Source: an uncultured Planctomycetota bacterium
GTDB taxonomy: Bacteria > Planctomycetota > Planctomycetia > Pirellulales > Lacipirellulaceae
NCBI GenBank assembly: GCA_963719315.1
Contig: CAVRBU010000002.1
Coordinates: 768,001-832,000 of the forward strand
Direction: 5' to 3'
Length of the DNA: 64,000 nucleotides
The translations under genes and the position numbers were made by a program. Positions 54,766 through 64,000 of the stretch are shown here, piece after piece; within the stretch, counting starts at the first letter, position 1, and each line of letters opens with the position of its first letter. Under the pieces are notes generated by a model, which was given only the letters and a program-made list of their open reading frames with translations, did not search any database and was not told where the DNA came from.

Positions 54766-55223
54766 ATCCCGCTCGCGACATCCACACGATTATACCCAGT
54801 ACCACCGCGATTATCGTTGTGGCGATTAGTAGAGTGCGGAGGCTGAAACGGTAGCTGATATGGCGCAGCCACGGGGCAGCATCAGGACAATGAGGACCGT
54901 CGCAGCGACCCAAGCGGGAAATGTGACACGCTTAGTTGTCGGCGTCCAAATCCATTCGTATTGCGGATATGGTGTACGAGGCGGTAGCTTTGGTATTGCC
55001 ATCCCGCGTTAAACGTCAGCCCAATGGAGGCTGGCTGTGCCGGTTGAGTTGCTACTTTAAGACTGCCGTAGTTGACTACGATGGCAGCCAATCCAGCATT
55101 ACTGTTTCGATAAATGCCGATGTTCCACCAATAGCTCCGCACCCACAACGCAATCAGCACCACGCACGCGATTAAGCACGCGGTGGAGAACGCGATTCGC
55201 AAGTAGCGGAGCCAGCGACGCAT
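54734..55223 (-). CDS. hypothetical membrane protein with RFSLRTLL motif (frameshifted)
   Basis: MRRWLRYLRIAFSTACLIACVVLIALWVRSY..., then APWLRHISYRFSLRTLLIATTIIAVVLG in another frame. Confidence 0.55.
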
Positions 55224-55335
55224 TACAGCAGTATAGCGAGTGGGCGACGTGGCCGAAAAGAAGAATGCCAACGGGTCACAGGATGATAAAACAAATAGCA
55301 TTCGTGCAATCGGATATGGCGTAGTCCCATGCATA

Positions 55336-55422
55336 TTTGTCCGCAGATTTTGCAGATTATCGCAGATGAAATTGAAGCTGAATCCCTTCCATCTGCGCAA
55401 ATCTGCGTCATCTGCGGACAAA
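55336..55422. repeat. inverted 9-10-nt tandem-repeat hairpin
   Basis: TTTGTCCGCAGAT..GCAGAT..CGCAGATG / CATCTGCG..ATCTGCG..ATCTGCGGACAAA. Confidence 0.8.
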
Positions 55423-55440
55423 ATCCGATCGCAGCGAATT

Positions 55441-55554
55441 GTAGTAGGCACACTCCGTGTGCCGTAACTGGAGCGGAGTTTGGACGGTTCTTATCGATCG
55501 ATGGGACGGCGGTTATCGGTGATTCAGCTACGGCACGCGGAGCGTGCCTGCTAC
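55441..55554. repeat. GTAG-type REP doublet
   Basis: GTAGTAGGCACACTCCGTGTGCCGTA ... TACGGCACGCGGAGCGTGCCTGCTAC. Confidence 0.75.
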
Positions 55555-55693
55555 GATTTGGGACGCCACCCGGTCGATCATCGCCTTTACCGATTTCGGG
55601 GCTAGGGATATACTAGGCAAGCGTGGCGTTGCCTTCCAAAAGGTCAGGTTGCGTCGCACGGATACGGCCCTAAACGTGTAGGGCAATAACTTG

Positions 55694-55781
55694 GGAGAGG
55701 TGGCTGAGTGGTCGAAAGCGCCGGTTTGCTAAATCGGTGAAGGGGTTAACCCTTCCGCAGGTTCGAATCCTGTCCTCTCCG
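55694..55781 (+). tRNA. tRNA-Ser(GCT)
   Basis: GGAGAGG/CCTCTCC acceptor stem, anticodon loop TTGCTAA, long variable arm, GGTTCGAATCC; CCA not encoded. Confidence 0.95.
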
Positions 55782-55872
55782 TTTGAGATTTTTTGCCCAT
55801 CAGAATAGCTTGATCGCTGATGGGCCTATGTGTTTCACGAAGCAGTTGTTCACGACCAAAGAGCGACCTCCC

Positions 55873-57825
55873 ATGATTGCTCGCACGAGCTTACTGCTGT
55901 TGATTGTCAGTGTGTTTTTCGTGATGCCCGTTAGCGCGGCGCCGATTGCGGACGGGCGGATCGCCGATTTTCGGTTGCCCGATCACCTGGGTAAAGAACA
56001 TGCGTTGGCCGATTTCGCGGACCGTGACCTTGTGGTGGTCGCTTTTCTGGGGACGGAATGTCCGCTGGCGAAGCTGTACGCTGGACGGTTGCAGGCAATT
56101 GCGGACGAATATGCCGAGCGGGGTGTGGCGGTCGTGGCGGTGATGTCCAACGTGCAGGACTCGCTCGCGGAGATCACGGCCTTTGTGCAGCAGCACAATC
56201 TCACGTTTCCCGTGCTCAAGGATCGCCGCAATGAGGTGGCCGACAAGTTTGGCGCCGAGCGCACGCCGCAAGTGTTTCTGCTCGATCGCCAGCGCGCGAT
56301 TCGCTATCAGGGGCGCGTCGACGATCAGTTTCTGGTGGGGGTCATGCGGAGCAAGGCCACGCGCGAGGACTTGCGAATCGCGATCGACGAATTGCTGGCA
56401 GGCAAAACGGTGTCCGTCGACGAGACCGGCTCCGAAGGATGCATTATCGGTCGAGCGCACCGATCGACCGGTAGCAACGCGGTCACGTATGCCCGCGATA
56501 TCGCTCCGATCTTTCAAGCGCGATGCGTCGAATGCCATCGCGCGGGGCAGATTGGGCCGTTCGAGCTATCCTCTTACGACGAGGCGGCCGGTTGGGGCGA
56601 GATGATTGCCGAGGTGGTGCGGAATCGGCGGATGCCGCCTTGGCATGCCAATCCGAAGTTTGGCTCATTCGCCAACGATCGTGCTCTGCCGGCTGCGGAG
56701 AAAGAGCTGATCTACAAGTGGGTTCAAAGCGGTTGCCCGGAAGGTGATCCGGCCGATTTGCCGGCGGCGCGGCAGTTTACGAGCGGCTGGCAATTGCGGC
56801 GCGAGCCCGATCTCGTGCTCTCGATGCAGGAACCGTTCACCGTGCCAGCGGATGGGGGCCGCGAGGGTGTACCTTACCAGTATTTCCGCGTACCGACGAA
56901 TTTCGGAGAAGACAAATGGGTTGCGGCCGCCGAAGTGCAGCCAGGCAATCGGGCGGTCGTTCATCACACGATCGTGTATGTCGAACCGCCGGGCGGTAAG
57001 GGGCGACGCGATTGGATTTTTCTAGCGGCCTACGTCCCCGGCTTGCGGTGCGAGCCGTTGCCTGCCAACTCGGCCAAGCGGATCCCGGCCGGCTCGACGC
57101 TCGTGTTCGAAATGCACTACACGCCCAACGGTTCGGTACAGCAGGACAAAACTCGAATTGGGTTCGTGCTTGCCGACATCAAGGATGTTGACCAAGAAGT
57201 GATCACGACCGAAATCGGCAATCTGGATTTTGAGATTCCACCGGGCGCGGAGAGCTATGTGGTAACGGCCACGAGCCGGCCGACGAAGCGCGAAGTGACG
57301 CTGCTTTCGATGTCGCCCCACATGCACCTGCGGGGAAAGGCGTTTCGCTACGAGCTGGTGCTGCCGACCGGCGAGCGCGAAGTGCTGCTGGATGTGCCGG
57401 CCTACGACTTTAACTGGCAGACGCGGTATGTGTTGAGTGAGCCGCGCCGGTTGCCAGCCGGGTCGGTCATCTACTGCCGCGCCGTGTTCGACAACTCCGA
57501 ATCGAACCTGGCGAATCCTGATCCCCAGAAAACGGTGCGGTGGGGCGATCAATCGTGGGAAGAGATGATGCTCGGCTTCTTCGATGTTGTATTGCCGCGC
57601 GATGACAAGCGCAAGGGCGTTACCAAGCCGGTGAGCACGGGGCTCGACCTGGTCGGGCTGTTCGATGCCGCCGACGCCGACCACAATGCGGGCTTGGATA
57701 AGACGGAAGCCGCGAGCAACGATCTTCTCACGCAGCATTTTGCGGCGGTCGATCGCAATGGCGACGGGCTGCTGCAGATTGGCGAAATTCTGGGGGCCGT
57801 GCGGGCGATGGCGAATCGCCGCTGA
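55873..57825 (+). CDS. redoxin + c-type heme + copper-monooxygenase-like secreted protein with EF-hand-like tail
   Basis: FLGTECP, CVECH, MPPWH, VVHH, PHMHLRG, YDFNWQ, EEM. Confidence 0.85.
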   Translation: MIARTSLLLLIVSVFFVMPVSAAPIADGRIADFRLPDHLGKEHALADFADRDLVVVAFLGTECPLAKLYAGRLQAIADEYAERGVAVVAVMSNVQDSLAEITAFVQQHNLTFPVLKDRRNEVADKFGAERTPQVFLLDRQRAIRYQGRVDDQFLVGVMRSKATREDLRIAIDELLAGKTVSVDETGSEGCIIGRAHRSTGSNAVTYARDIAPIFQARCVECHRAGQIGPFELSSYDEAAGWGEMIAEVVRNRRMPPWHANPKFGSFANDRALPAAEKELIYKWVQSGCPEGDPADLPAARQFTSGWQLRREPDLVLSMQEPFTVPADGGREGVPYQYFRVPTNFGEDKWVAAAEVQPGNRAVVHHTIVYVEPPGGKGRRDWIFLAAYVPGLRCEPLPANSAKRIPAGSTLVFEMHYTPNGSVQQDKTRIGFVLADIKDVDQEVITTEIGNLDFEIPPGAESYVVTATSRPTKREVTLLSMSPHMHLRGKAFRYELVLPTGEREVLLDVPAYDFNWQTRYVLSEPRRLPAGSVIYCRAVFDNSESNLANPDPQKTVRWGDQSWEEMMLGFFDVVLPRDDKRKGVTKPVSTGLDLVGLFDAADADHNAGLDKTEAASNDLLTQHFAAVDRNGDGLLQIGEILGAVRAMANRR

Positions 57826-57853
57826 AACGCGCGTCGCTAAAAGCGGCAGCCTG

Positions 57854-59007
57854 CTATTGGGCTGTTTTTTCGATGCAGACGAAGGCGAGCTTGCCGCGCC
57901 TGCGCCGGGATAGCCCTTCCACAACCACTCCAGGGCTTCGGGCAGCGTTTGCTGCTTGACGCCGCCGTCGCAATGCCCGGCGTTGCGGGCAAAGACGAAT
58001 TGGTAGTGGTAGCCCTTGGCGGCCAGGGCCTTTGCCATGTTTTCATTGGCGACGACCCAATCGTGCATGTTGTCGCGCATGGAATTCGGATTCAGAAGAT
58101 CGCGGTCGCCGACTTCCAACCAGATTCGCAGCGGCTTGGCCGGACTGTTTGGAATCAGATGCTCATGAAATTCCCACGCGCCGTGGGGAGTCTCAGCGTT
58201 CGGTGGCCACTGCTGGTTCACGTACGTGCCCGAATAGGTCAGGACGCGGTGGTAGAGATCGGGGCGATACCAGGCCATGCTCAATGCGCACGATCCGCCG
58301 GAGCTGCACCCCATCGTTGCCCGGCCCTCGGGGTCCTGCGTTAATTTCACATTGCAATTCTTTTCGACGAGAGGCAGCACTTCCTCCTCGACGAACTCCG
58401 CGTACTTGCCCGACATGGTATCGTATTCGAGTCCGCGTTCGCTGCCTTGGGCGTCGCCGCTGCCATTGCTGATGGAAATGGCGATCATCGCGGGCACTCG
58501 GTGCTGGGCGATCAGATTGTCCAGAGCCGTAAACAACAGCCGGTCCGGACCGTCGGCCCCAACGATGAACGGAGCGGCCGTGCCGGGCACATATTGTTTG
58601 GGGACATACACGGCCACTCGGCGCGTATAGGGAGCGGGGTGGCTGGTGGTCACGACGAGCTTGGCGGGATCGGCCGGATCGGGTGTGCCAAAGGTGTTGG
58701 CGACCCGGGCGATGCCGGGATAAATCTTGCTGTCCGCCGAATTCATCGTGAAGTTAAACACCTGACCTTGCGGGACGTCTTCATGCACCCTCATTTCAGG
58801 CACTGGGTGGTGAGTCGGGCCGATGATGAAGTTTCCGTCGGCATCCGCCGGCGGAATGGCGCCATCGGGTAACTCCTTGGCGGCAACAAAACCTGGGGTG
58901 CTCGGATCACGAGTGGGCGGCGTGGGGCGCGCGGCGGCGGCAATCGAAGGAACGACGCAACTCGCTAGGGCGACTAACAACGCGATGCTTGAGAGATTTG
59001 TATTCAC
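57854..59007 (-). CDS. secreted esterase (enterochelin esterase-like alpha/beta hydrolase)
   Basis: ERGLEYD, GCSSGG nucleophile motif, GHCD, LPEALEWLW; stop at 57854 inferred via an A-run indel. Confidence 0.8.
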
Positions 59008-59161
59008 GGATTTCGGTTGATTGAGGTTGCAGGGGAAGACACGTCCAAACGAAAAGTCAGATGGCTGATCTCGGCCTAGCGTTCCGCACGCACGTAATCG
59101 AGCGTATGGGCTTAGCTCAGTACTTCCAAGTTTCGAGACTGGCGAGGCAATGAATTACAGG

Positions 59162-59228
59162 GGAACGCTAATTCTCACTAATTTCCGCTAATTCCGAATC
59201 AGTGGAAATTAGCGAGAATTAGCGTTCC
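59162..59228. repeat. inverted 9-10-nt tandem-repeat hairpin
   Basis: GGAACGCTAATTCTCACTAATTTCCGCTAATT / AATCAGTGGAAATTAGCGAGAATTAGCGTTCC. Confidence 0.8.
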
Positions 59229-59286
59229 TGCCCTCTTTGTCTTTGCTTGAAACTACTGTAGATACAGATAGTCTAGCCGAGCGGCG

Positions 59287-60362
59287 TTATTTCCGATACT
59301 CGCGCGGATTAAGCCGGTGTCCGTCGATTTCGTAGTCGCGGACAGCGACGCCGGTGGCGTCCAAAACTTTCGCCGACCAAGTTGGCCAGGGCGACCATTC
59401 GGAACGTCGCGAAGCACTTGGGTTGACGGGCAGCCAGATCGCGCTGCACAGAGCGCCGGCGGCCAGAAGGGGAAAAAGGGCACGCCACGTTTGGCGCGGT
59501 CTCGGCGAAGGATTCGGACACTCGGCCAGAGCCCTGGCACGTCGACTGAGCAGCGATGCGTCCCCCATGAACCCGATTCCGGCAGGCAGGCGTTCTGGCG
59601 GGTTCAGTTGCGATTCCATCAGCCTCAGCAAACTTCGCAAATACTCGGCCACATCGAGGCGCGAGCCGACCGATTCGCGGTCGCAGCGAAACTCACGCGC
59701 GTCGGCCGCTTGCCGGGAAGCCCACCAAACGAGCGGGTGGAACCAATAAACAGCCTCGACGAGTCGTTGCAGAAAAAGGTGCAGGGGATGTTGCAGGCGG
59801 AGGTGCGCAAGCTCATGCTTTACAATCGCTTCCTGCTCGGCCACCGGAAAATCTCGTACAATTTCAGGCAACACGATTACCGGGCTGTGAATCTGCCAAC
59901 AAAAAGGGCTGACATCGTCTGGCGATACGAGGATTTCAATTGGCGCGGTCGAAGGAATAATCGCAGTTATCTTCTCTTTCAACGACTTGCGCAATCCTTC
60001 GTCGATTCGCGCACGCCGAACCAGCAACGTCCGCGCAACAAGCCGCCGACGTTAACCGCGATCATTGCAATGGCCCCAGTCAGCCAGATCCAGCCACAAA
60101 TCCGACCCGTGACCATGCAAACCGCCTCGGCGATCGGATGGCTCTCGGACGGTTCGAGGTCTGCCCAAGTGATCAGACGCAAGTGAGGCAGAAAAAATGC
60201 GGCGGCCGTGAGCAACAACAGACAAACATGGAGCGAGGCCCAGCACGAGTCACATTCGGCGGCGGCAACTCGCTTGCGCGTCGCCCAGGCGATGAACGCG
60301 ATCAACAGCGTAACTTGAACGGTAAGCGAAATAATCGTTTCTAAAACCGATAAGGCGGTCAC
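59287..60362 (-). CDS. M56 family (BlaR1-like) metallopeptidase (frameshift ~60030)
   Basis: HELAH, YWFHPLVW, REFRCD; N-terminal TM part in ORF 59979..60362. Confidence 0.85.
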
Positions 60363-60366
60363 TGCA

Positions 60367-60780
60367 TTATCCTTGTTTTTCGACCTTGCGCAGCGCTTCC
60401 TTCAGCGCCTTTACATCTTCTTGAGAGAATTTTCCGTCTTCCAGCAGCCCGAGCATCAGCATGGGAAGCCGGTCGGCAAACAGCACGTCTCCTAGATCGC
60501 GAATCACAGCGCGGCTGACCTCGTCGCGCGAAACGACGGGTTTGTAGACGTGGGCGCGCCCCCGCTTGGTGCGCTTCAGCACCTTCTTCTTGCTGTGCAG
60601 CAGGCCCAGGGTGGTCATCACCGTGGTATAGGCCAGCGGACGTTTGAGAGCGTCGCTCACTTCCTGGACGGTACCCTCTCCGATTTGCCAGAGGACGTCC
60701 ATGAGCTCTAATTCATAGCGCGTAAGGCGATGTGGCATCATGTTGTTATTGCGACTTGTTAATGGCGAGGATCGAGTCAT
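60367..60780 (-). CDS. BlaI/MecI/CopY family repressor
   Basis: LTRYELELMDVLW...AYTTVMTTL...GRAHVY. Confidence 0.9.
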   Translation of the reverse strand: MTRSSPLTSRNNNMMPHRLTRYELELMDVLWQIGEGTVQEVSDALKRPLAYTTVMTTLGLLHSKKKVLKRTKRGRAHVYKPVVSRDEVSRAVIRDLGDVLFADRLPMLMLGLLEDGKFSQEDVKALKEALRKVEKQG

Positions 60781-60783
60781 TCT

Positions 60784-61698
60784 TCAGCGAAGTTCGGCGT
60801 TTTCCTGGTAGACAAGGGGGTCAATGTCGTCATGCACGGCGTCGACGTGGCCATCGGCCCAAAGAAAATTGACGTGACCCGGGTGACGACTATCAAACTC
60901 ACATTCATCGGAATCATCGCGATTGGGACCGAGGTTGGCGTTGCCCACGATGCGACCGGCTGCGTCTTCGCCTTCCGTCGCGATGCCGAGCCAGGTGGAC
61001 GCCAGCTTGCGTGACGTCCGTTCGCCGACGAGCATCACGTGGCTCGAGCCGCGGCTCATTTCTTGGAAGCGATGGGGGTGCTCCTGAATAAAGGCTCCAT
61101 TGCCGGTTTCGCCGGGCACTTCATCGGGATCGGTGTCGCCGAAAACTCCCACATAATTTGCCCGCGGCAGCGTTACCAAAATTTGCGTGGACTGCTGCGC
61201 ATGGGCAGCATGTTCGCCAAGTTCCGCAAACAAGGGGAAAACCGCTTCGCTCGAGTCGGACGGGCACAGGAACACGGCCGGCGTGGTGGAGCGCACTAGT
61301 TGGCTGAGCTCAGAGATAGGACGGGTTCCTTTGATTCGTGCATCCAAGGCAGGCTCGTCCAGCTCGTTCAGAATGCGAGCGGCCCAGCCGTAGCTCGACT
61401 TCTTGCTGCACTCCGCTTGCCATCCAGCCGGCAGCAGCCGGTGCGAGTCGTGATGTGCGTGCAGCGCGGCGCCGATCTGCCGAAGTTTGTTGGTACATTC
61501 CAAGTTGCGCGCGTTTTCGCGAGCGGCCTGAACGGCGGGCAACAAAAGCGCAACCAATACGGCGATCGTGGCGAACACGACCAGCAGCTCGAGGATGGTG
61601 ATGCCGGGCGCGCGGCAACGCGCGAACATCCGTCGGTGAGGGCACAACGCTTGGCCATCGGCAGAATTCAAAGCGTTTCTCCCGCGGGTCACATCCAA
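60784..61698 (-). CDS. DUF1559 prepilin-type protein
   Basis: GITILELLVV...LLPAVQAARE, CPSD, SRHPGHVNFLWADGHV; start uncertain. Confidence 0.9.
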   Translation of the reverse strand: MDVTRGRNALNSADGQALCPHRRMFARCRAPGITILELLVVFATIAVLVALLLPAVQAARENARNLECTNKLRQIGAALHAHHDSHRLLPAGWQAECSKKSSYGWAARILNELDEPALDARIKGTRPISELSQLVRSTTPAVFLCPSDSSEAVFPLFAELGEHAAHAQQSTQILVTLPRANYVGVFGDTDPDEVPGETGNGAFIQEHPHRFQEMSRGSSHVMLVGERTSRKLASTWLGIATEGEDAAGRIVGNANLGPNRDDSDECEFDSRHPGHVNFLWADGHVDAVHDDIDPLVYQENAELR

Positions 61699-61945
61699 GG
61701 CAACTCGGCAATCTTGGGGCCGGATTCTAACCGATTCTTCGCTTTCGTCAAAACCGCTAATTTACGCTAGCATGACTGGCCACGCACACTGCGCAAACCC
61801 AGTGGATTATCGTATTATCGACAGTCCACTTCGCAGAGTAGTCCAATATAAGCCCCAGGTTGCCGCACCTGTCGCTGATTGCAATGATTGAGTATGCGTC
61901 TGGTTACACCGCGAAGATGACCGAACTACTTTAGAAAGCCGACTC

Positions 61946-62707
61946 TTGCGGTACAAGTTTCGACAGTATCTGTTCTCCCAGCGGGCAATTCGAGCGTATT
62001 GGATTGCCAACATTGTAGTTTTCTGCGCGCTCGCGGGTTGGATTTGGAGCGATGGAAGATTTGCCGAGATCGCGTCGAGGTTTAGTGCCAACGCGCGATC
62101 GTTGATCGAGCTCAATGGCCTGGTGGGCACTCGAGAGCCATTGATTGCGGGCAGGTACTGGACGCTAAATATTTTGTCGGTTGTGGCCGCGGTGAGTGCC
62201 GCCGGTGTCGGCGGCGGATTGTTTTTCGGACCGCCCGCGAATCGGCGGGTGCGTTCGTGGCTGACGGTTACCGTTTTGGCAGTACTGTGGCTCACGCTTT
62301 GGGTCAAGTGGCCCGACCTGCAGTGGCGTGGCCAGGCTTTCAGGGTAGACGAGCAACTGGGCGAATTCCAGAAGATGGCGTCATCGCTCAACACAAGCTG
62401 GCCCGCCAGCGATGGCGAGCGGCCCGAGTTGGGGCCCTTCCTGGCCTATCCGACAAAAGCACCAACCGTCTTGATGCTGATGACGCAGGCCAATGTCCCG
62501 AACACAAATTTGACTTTCTCGCTCGTTGAGCGTTCGGAGACGGGCGCCCTGCGGTTTCAACTGACGTGTAACGAGCTCGGCGCCTGGCTGGAGTGGCATC
62601 CGGCACACGATTCGCCGACCGGATTTGTGGGCGGTCTGTTGGAACGCCGCGAGTTGGAACGCTTTGCTTCGCTGGGCAATGACTGGTATTTGGTCCGCTA
62701 CAAGTAG
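61946..62707 (+). CDS. hypothetical membrane protein
   Basis: 253 aa, three hydrophobic segments, C-terminal LGNDWYLVRY. Confidence 0.6.
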   Translation: MRYKFRQYLFSQRAIRAYWIANIVVFCALAGWIWSDGRFAEIASRFSANARSLIELNGLVGTREPLIAGRYWTLNILSVVAAVSAAGVGGGLFFGPPANRRVRSWLTVTVLAVLWLTLWVKWPDLQWRGQAFRVDEQLGEFQKMASSLNTSWPASDGERPELGPFLAYPTKAPTVLMLMTQANVPNTNLTFSLVERSETGALRFQLTCNELGAWLEWHPAHDSPTGFVGGLLERRELERFASLGNDWYLVRYK

Positions 62708-62728
62708 GCCACTCCAACTCGCGGCCGA

Positions 62729-64000
62729 TCATTGCGAGGCAGAACTACTGGTTGCATCCTTAGCCGAGTCGTCAGCGAACACGTGCAAAGTGGTCGTGAG
62801 AACAAATGGTACGGGCTCGCCGGGGAACTCCGCTTCGAGAAACGTGGCGCCGTAGCCTGATTTCGGCTTGGCGATTTCGGCAATGAATTTATGCTCGTTG
62901 TCGGCGCTGGCGGCAATCGGCGAGTCCGTCCATTGGGCCATGCGAAAATCGCGGGTCTCGGCCGAGGCGATCCACCTGCGAACGGCCGTGGGCGCGATGT
63001 CGGATGACAGTTCGAATTCGGCACTTTTGCCTTGCCCCTCGAACTTCCACTTGAGCTTTGGCATCGGCTTGCCGCCGGCGACGCTTCGCTCCAGTGCGGC
63101 GATCGACGCAATTACTCGCGGGTAATTCTGTATGCCGTGGCCGTTGTTGGGGACGTAGAGAATGTATTTGTCGCCTTGCAAATCATTCCAGTAGAGATTG
63201 AGCGCATCCACGGGCCAATAGGCGTCGTTGGTTGCGAGAATGATCAGCTTGGGTTTCGTGAGCTGCTTGCGATAGGCAATTGGATCGACGATCGCGCGAA
63301 GCGATGCGCCTTGCTCGGTGAACAGTTTTTTCTGCAGACCACGCTCCGTGTAATCGCGAATTTGTTCGGAGTATTTTCCGAATGACTCAAGTTGCAAACG
63401 GTCGTGGGCAACCATGTTGAGCATATTGATCACCATCGGCGCAAGCATCGACGCGCGAGTCGGTGGCGGCGGTGAGCCACGTCGTCCAACCGCGTTTCGA
63501 TGCGCCGGTGACAAGGAAGTGCTCGATGTCCATCTGCCATTCCTGCCTGGTGAATTCCTGAGTGGCGTCCATCGCTCGGACGGCGGCTTTCACCATGGGC
63601 AAGAGTAGCGGCCAATCCACGTCGCCCGTTTCGAAGTATTTGGAAAATGTGAGCGCGATGATTTGATCTTCTTTGCGGCCATCGAAGATAGGCTGCTCGG
63701 GCACTTGCCGGACGACGGCAATCGGCGTCTGCATCATGTCGGCAAGCATCGTGATGAGTAGGACTTTTTCGGGAAGCGGAGCGGGCTTGGAATCCTTTGG
63801 CTGGTTTTCCAACGCGTCGGACCAACTGCTGCCGTCGATCAGCAGCAGGGCGTGCTTTGAGTCCTTCACCTTGGCCGGGCGATAGATGAACAATTGGTGC
63901 TTCCAGACGATATCGTGCCAGGTCTGCGACGTGAGGATCAGTTCGGCATAGTCGCCGCCGCCTTGCTTGCCGCGTTGCCGCACATGCCACGCGTAACTGG
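62729..64000 (-). CDS. PhoPQ-activated pathogenicity-related (PqaA-like) protein, 5' end outside window, frameshift ~63455
   Basis: LTSQTW...WKHQL, LLLPMVKAAVRAMD, GASKRGWTTW, IVDPIAY, YVPNNGH. Confidence 0.85.

Noticed and set aside
55694..55781. tRNA-anchored integrative island
   Set aside because: No integrase and no duplicated tRNA 3' end noticed in the window.
57022..57853. 800-bp antisense overlap of the esterase ORF with the redoxin gene
   Set aside because: Esterase homology ends at LEWLWKGY; one extra A in the A-run near 57865 gives a stop at 57854.

Overview
GC-rich bacterial chromosomal segment, most likely a planctomycete (Pirellulales/Lacipirellulaceae-like), inferred from DUF1598, DUF1559, DUF1573, SHD1, PEP-CTERM and 'RFSLRTLL' proteins. 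It carries housekeeping genes (rpiB, tsaC-phosphatase fusion, hemG/hemY, tyrA-purL-purQ, holB, hppA, tRNA-Ser(GCT)), a VWA-MoxR-DUF58-BatA operon, two toxin-antitoxin modules, a BlaI/BlaR1-like pair, and a lower-GC accessory patch (~10.4-15.5 kb) with an IS256 remnant, an intact IS5-like element and an orphan R-M controller gene with its C-box. About ten genes have single-base frameshifts, probably long-read assembly errors. The most striking unexplained structure is a set of small elements made of inverted arrays of 7-10-nt tandem repeats. One encloses a four-helix-bundle (23S rRNA IVP/Avd-like) gene exactly between a stop and a start codon. Gene-less copies fill operon junctions, sometimes nested, and relics sit in-frame inside purL, purQ and hemG. 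Family assignments come from motif recognition only; no searches were run.
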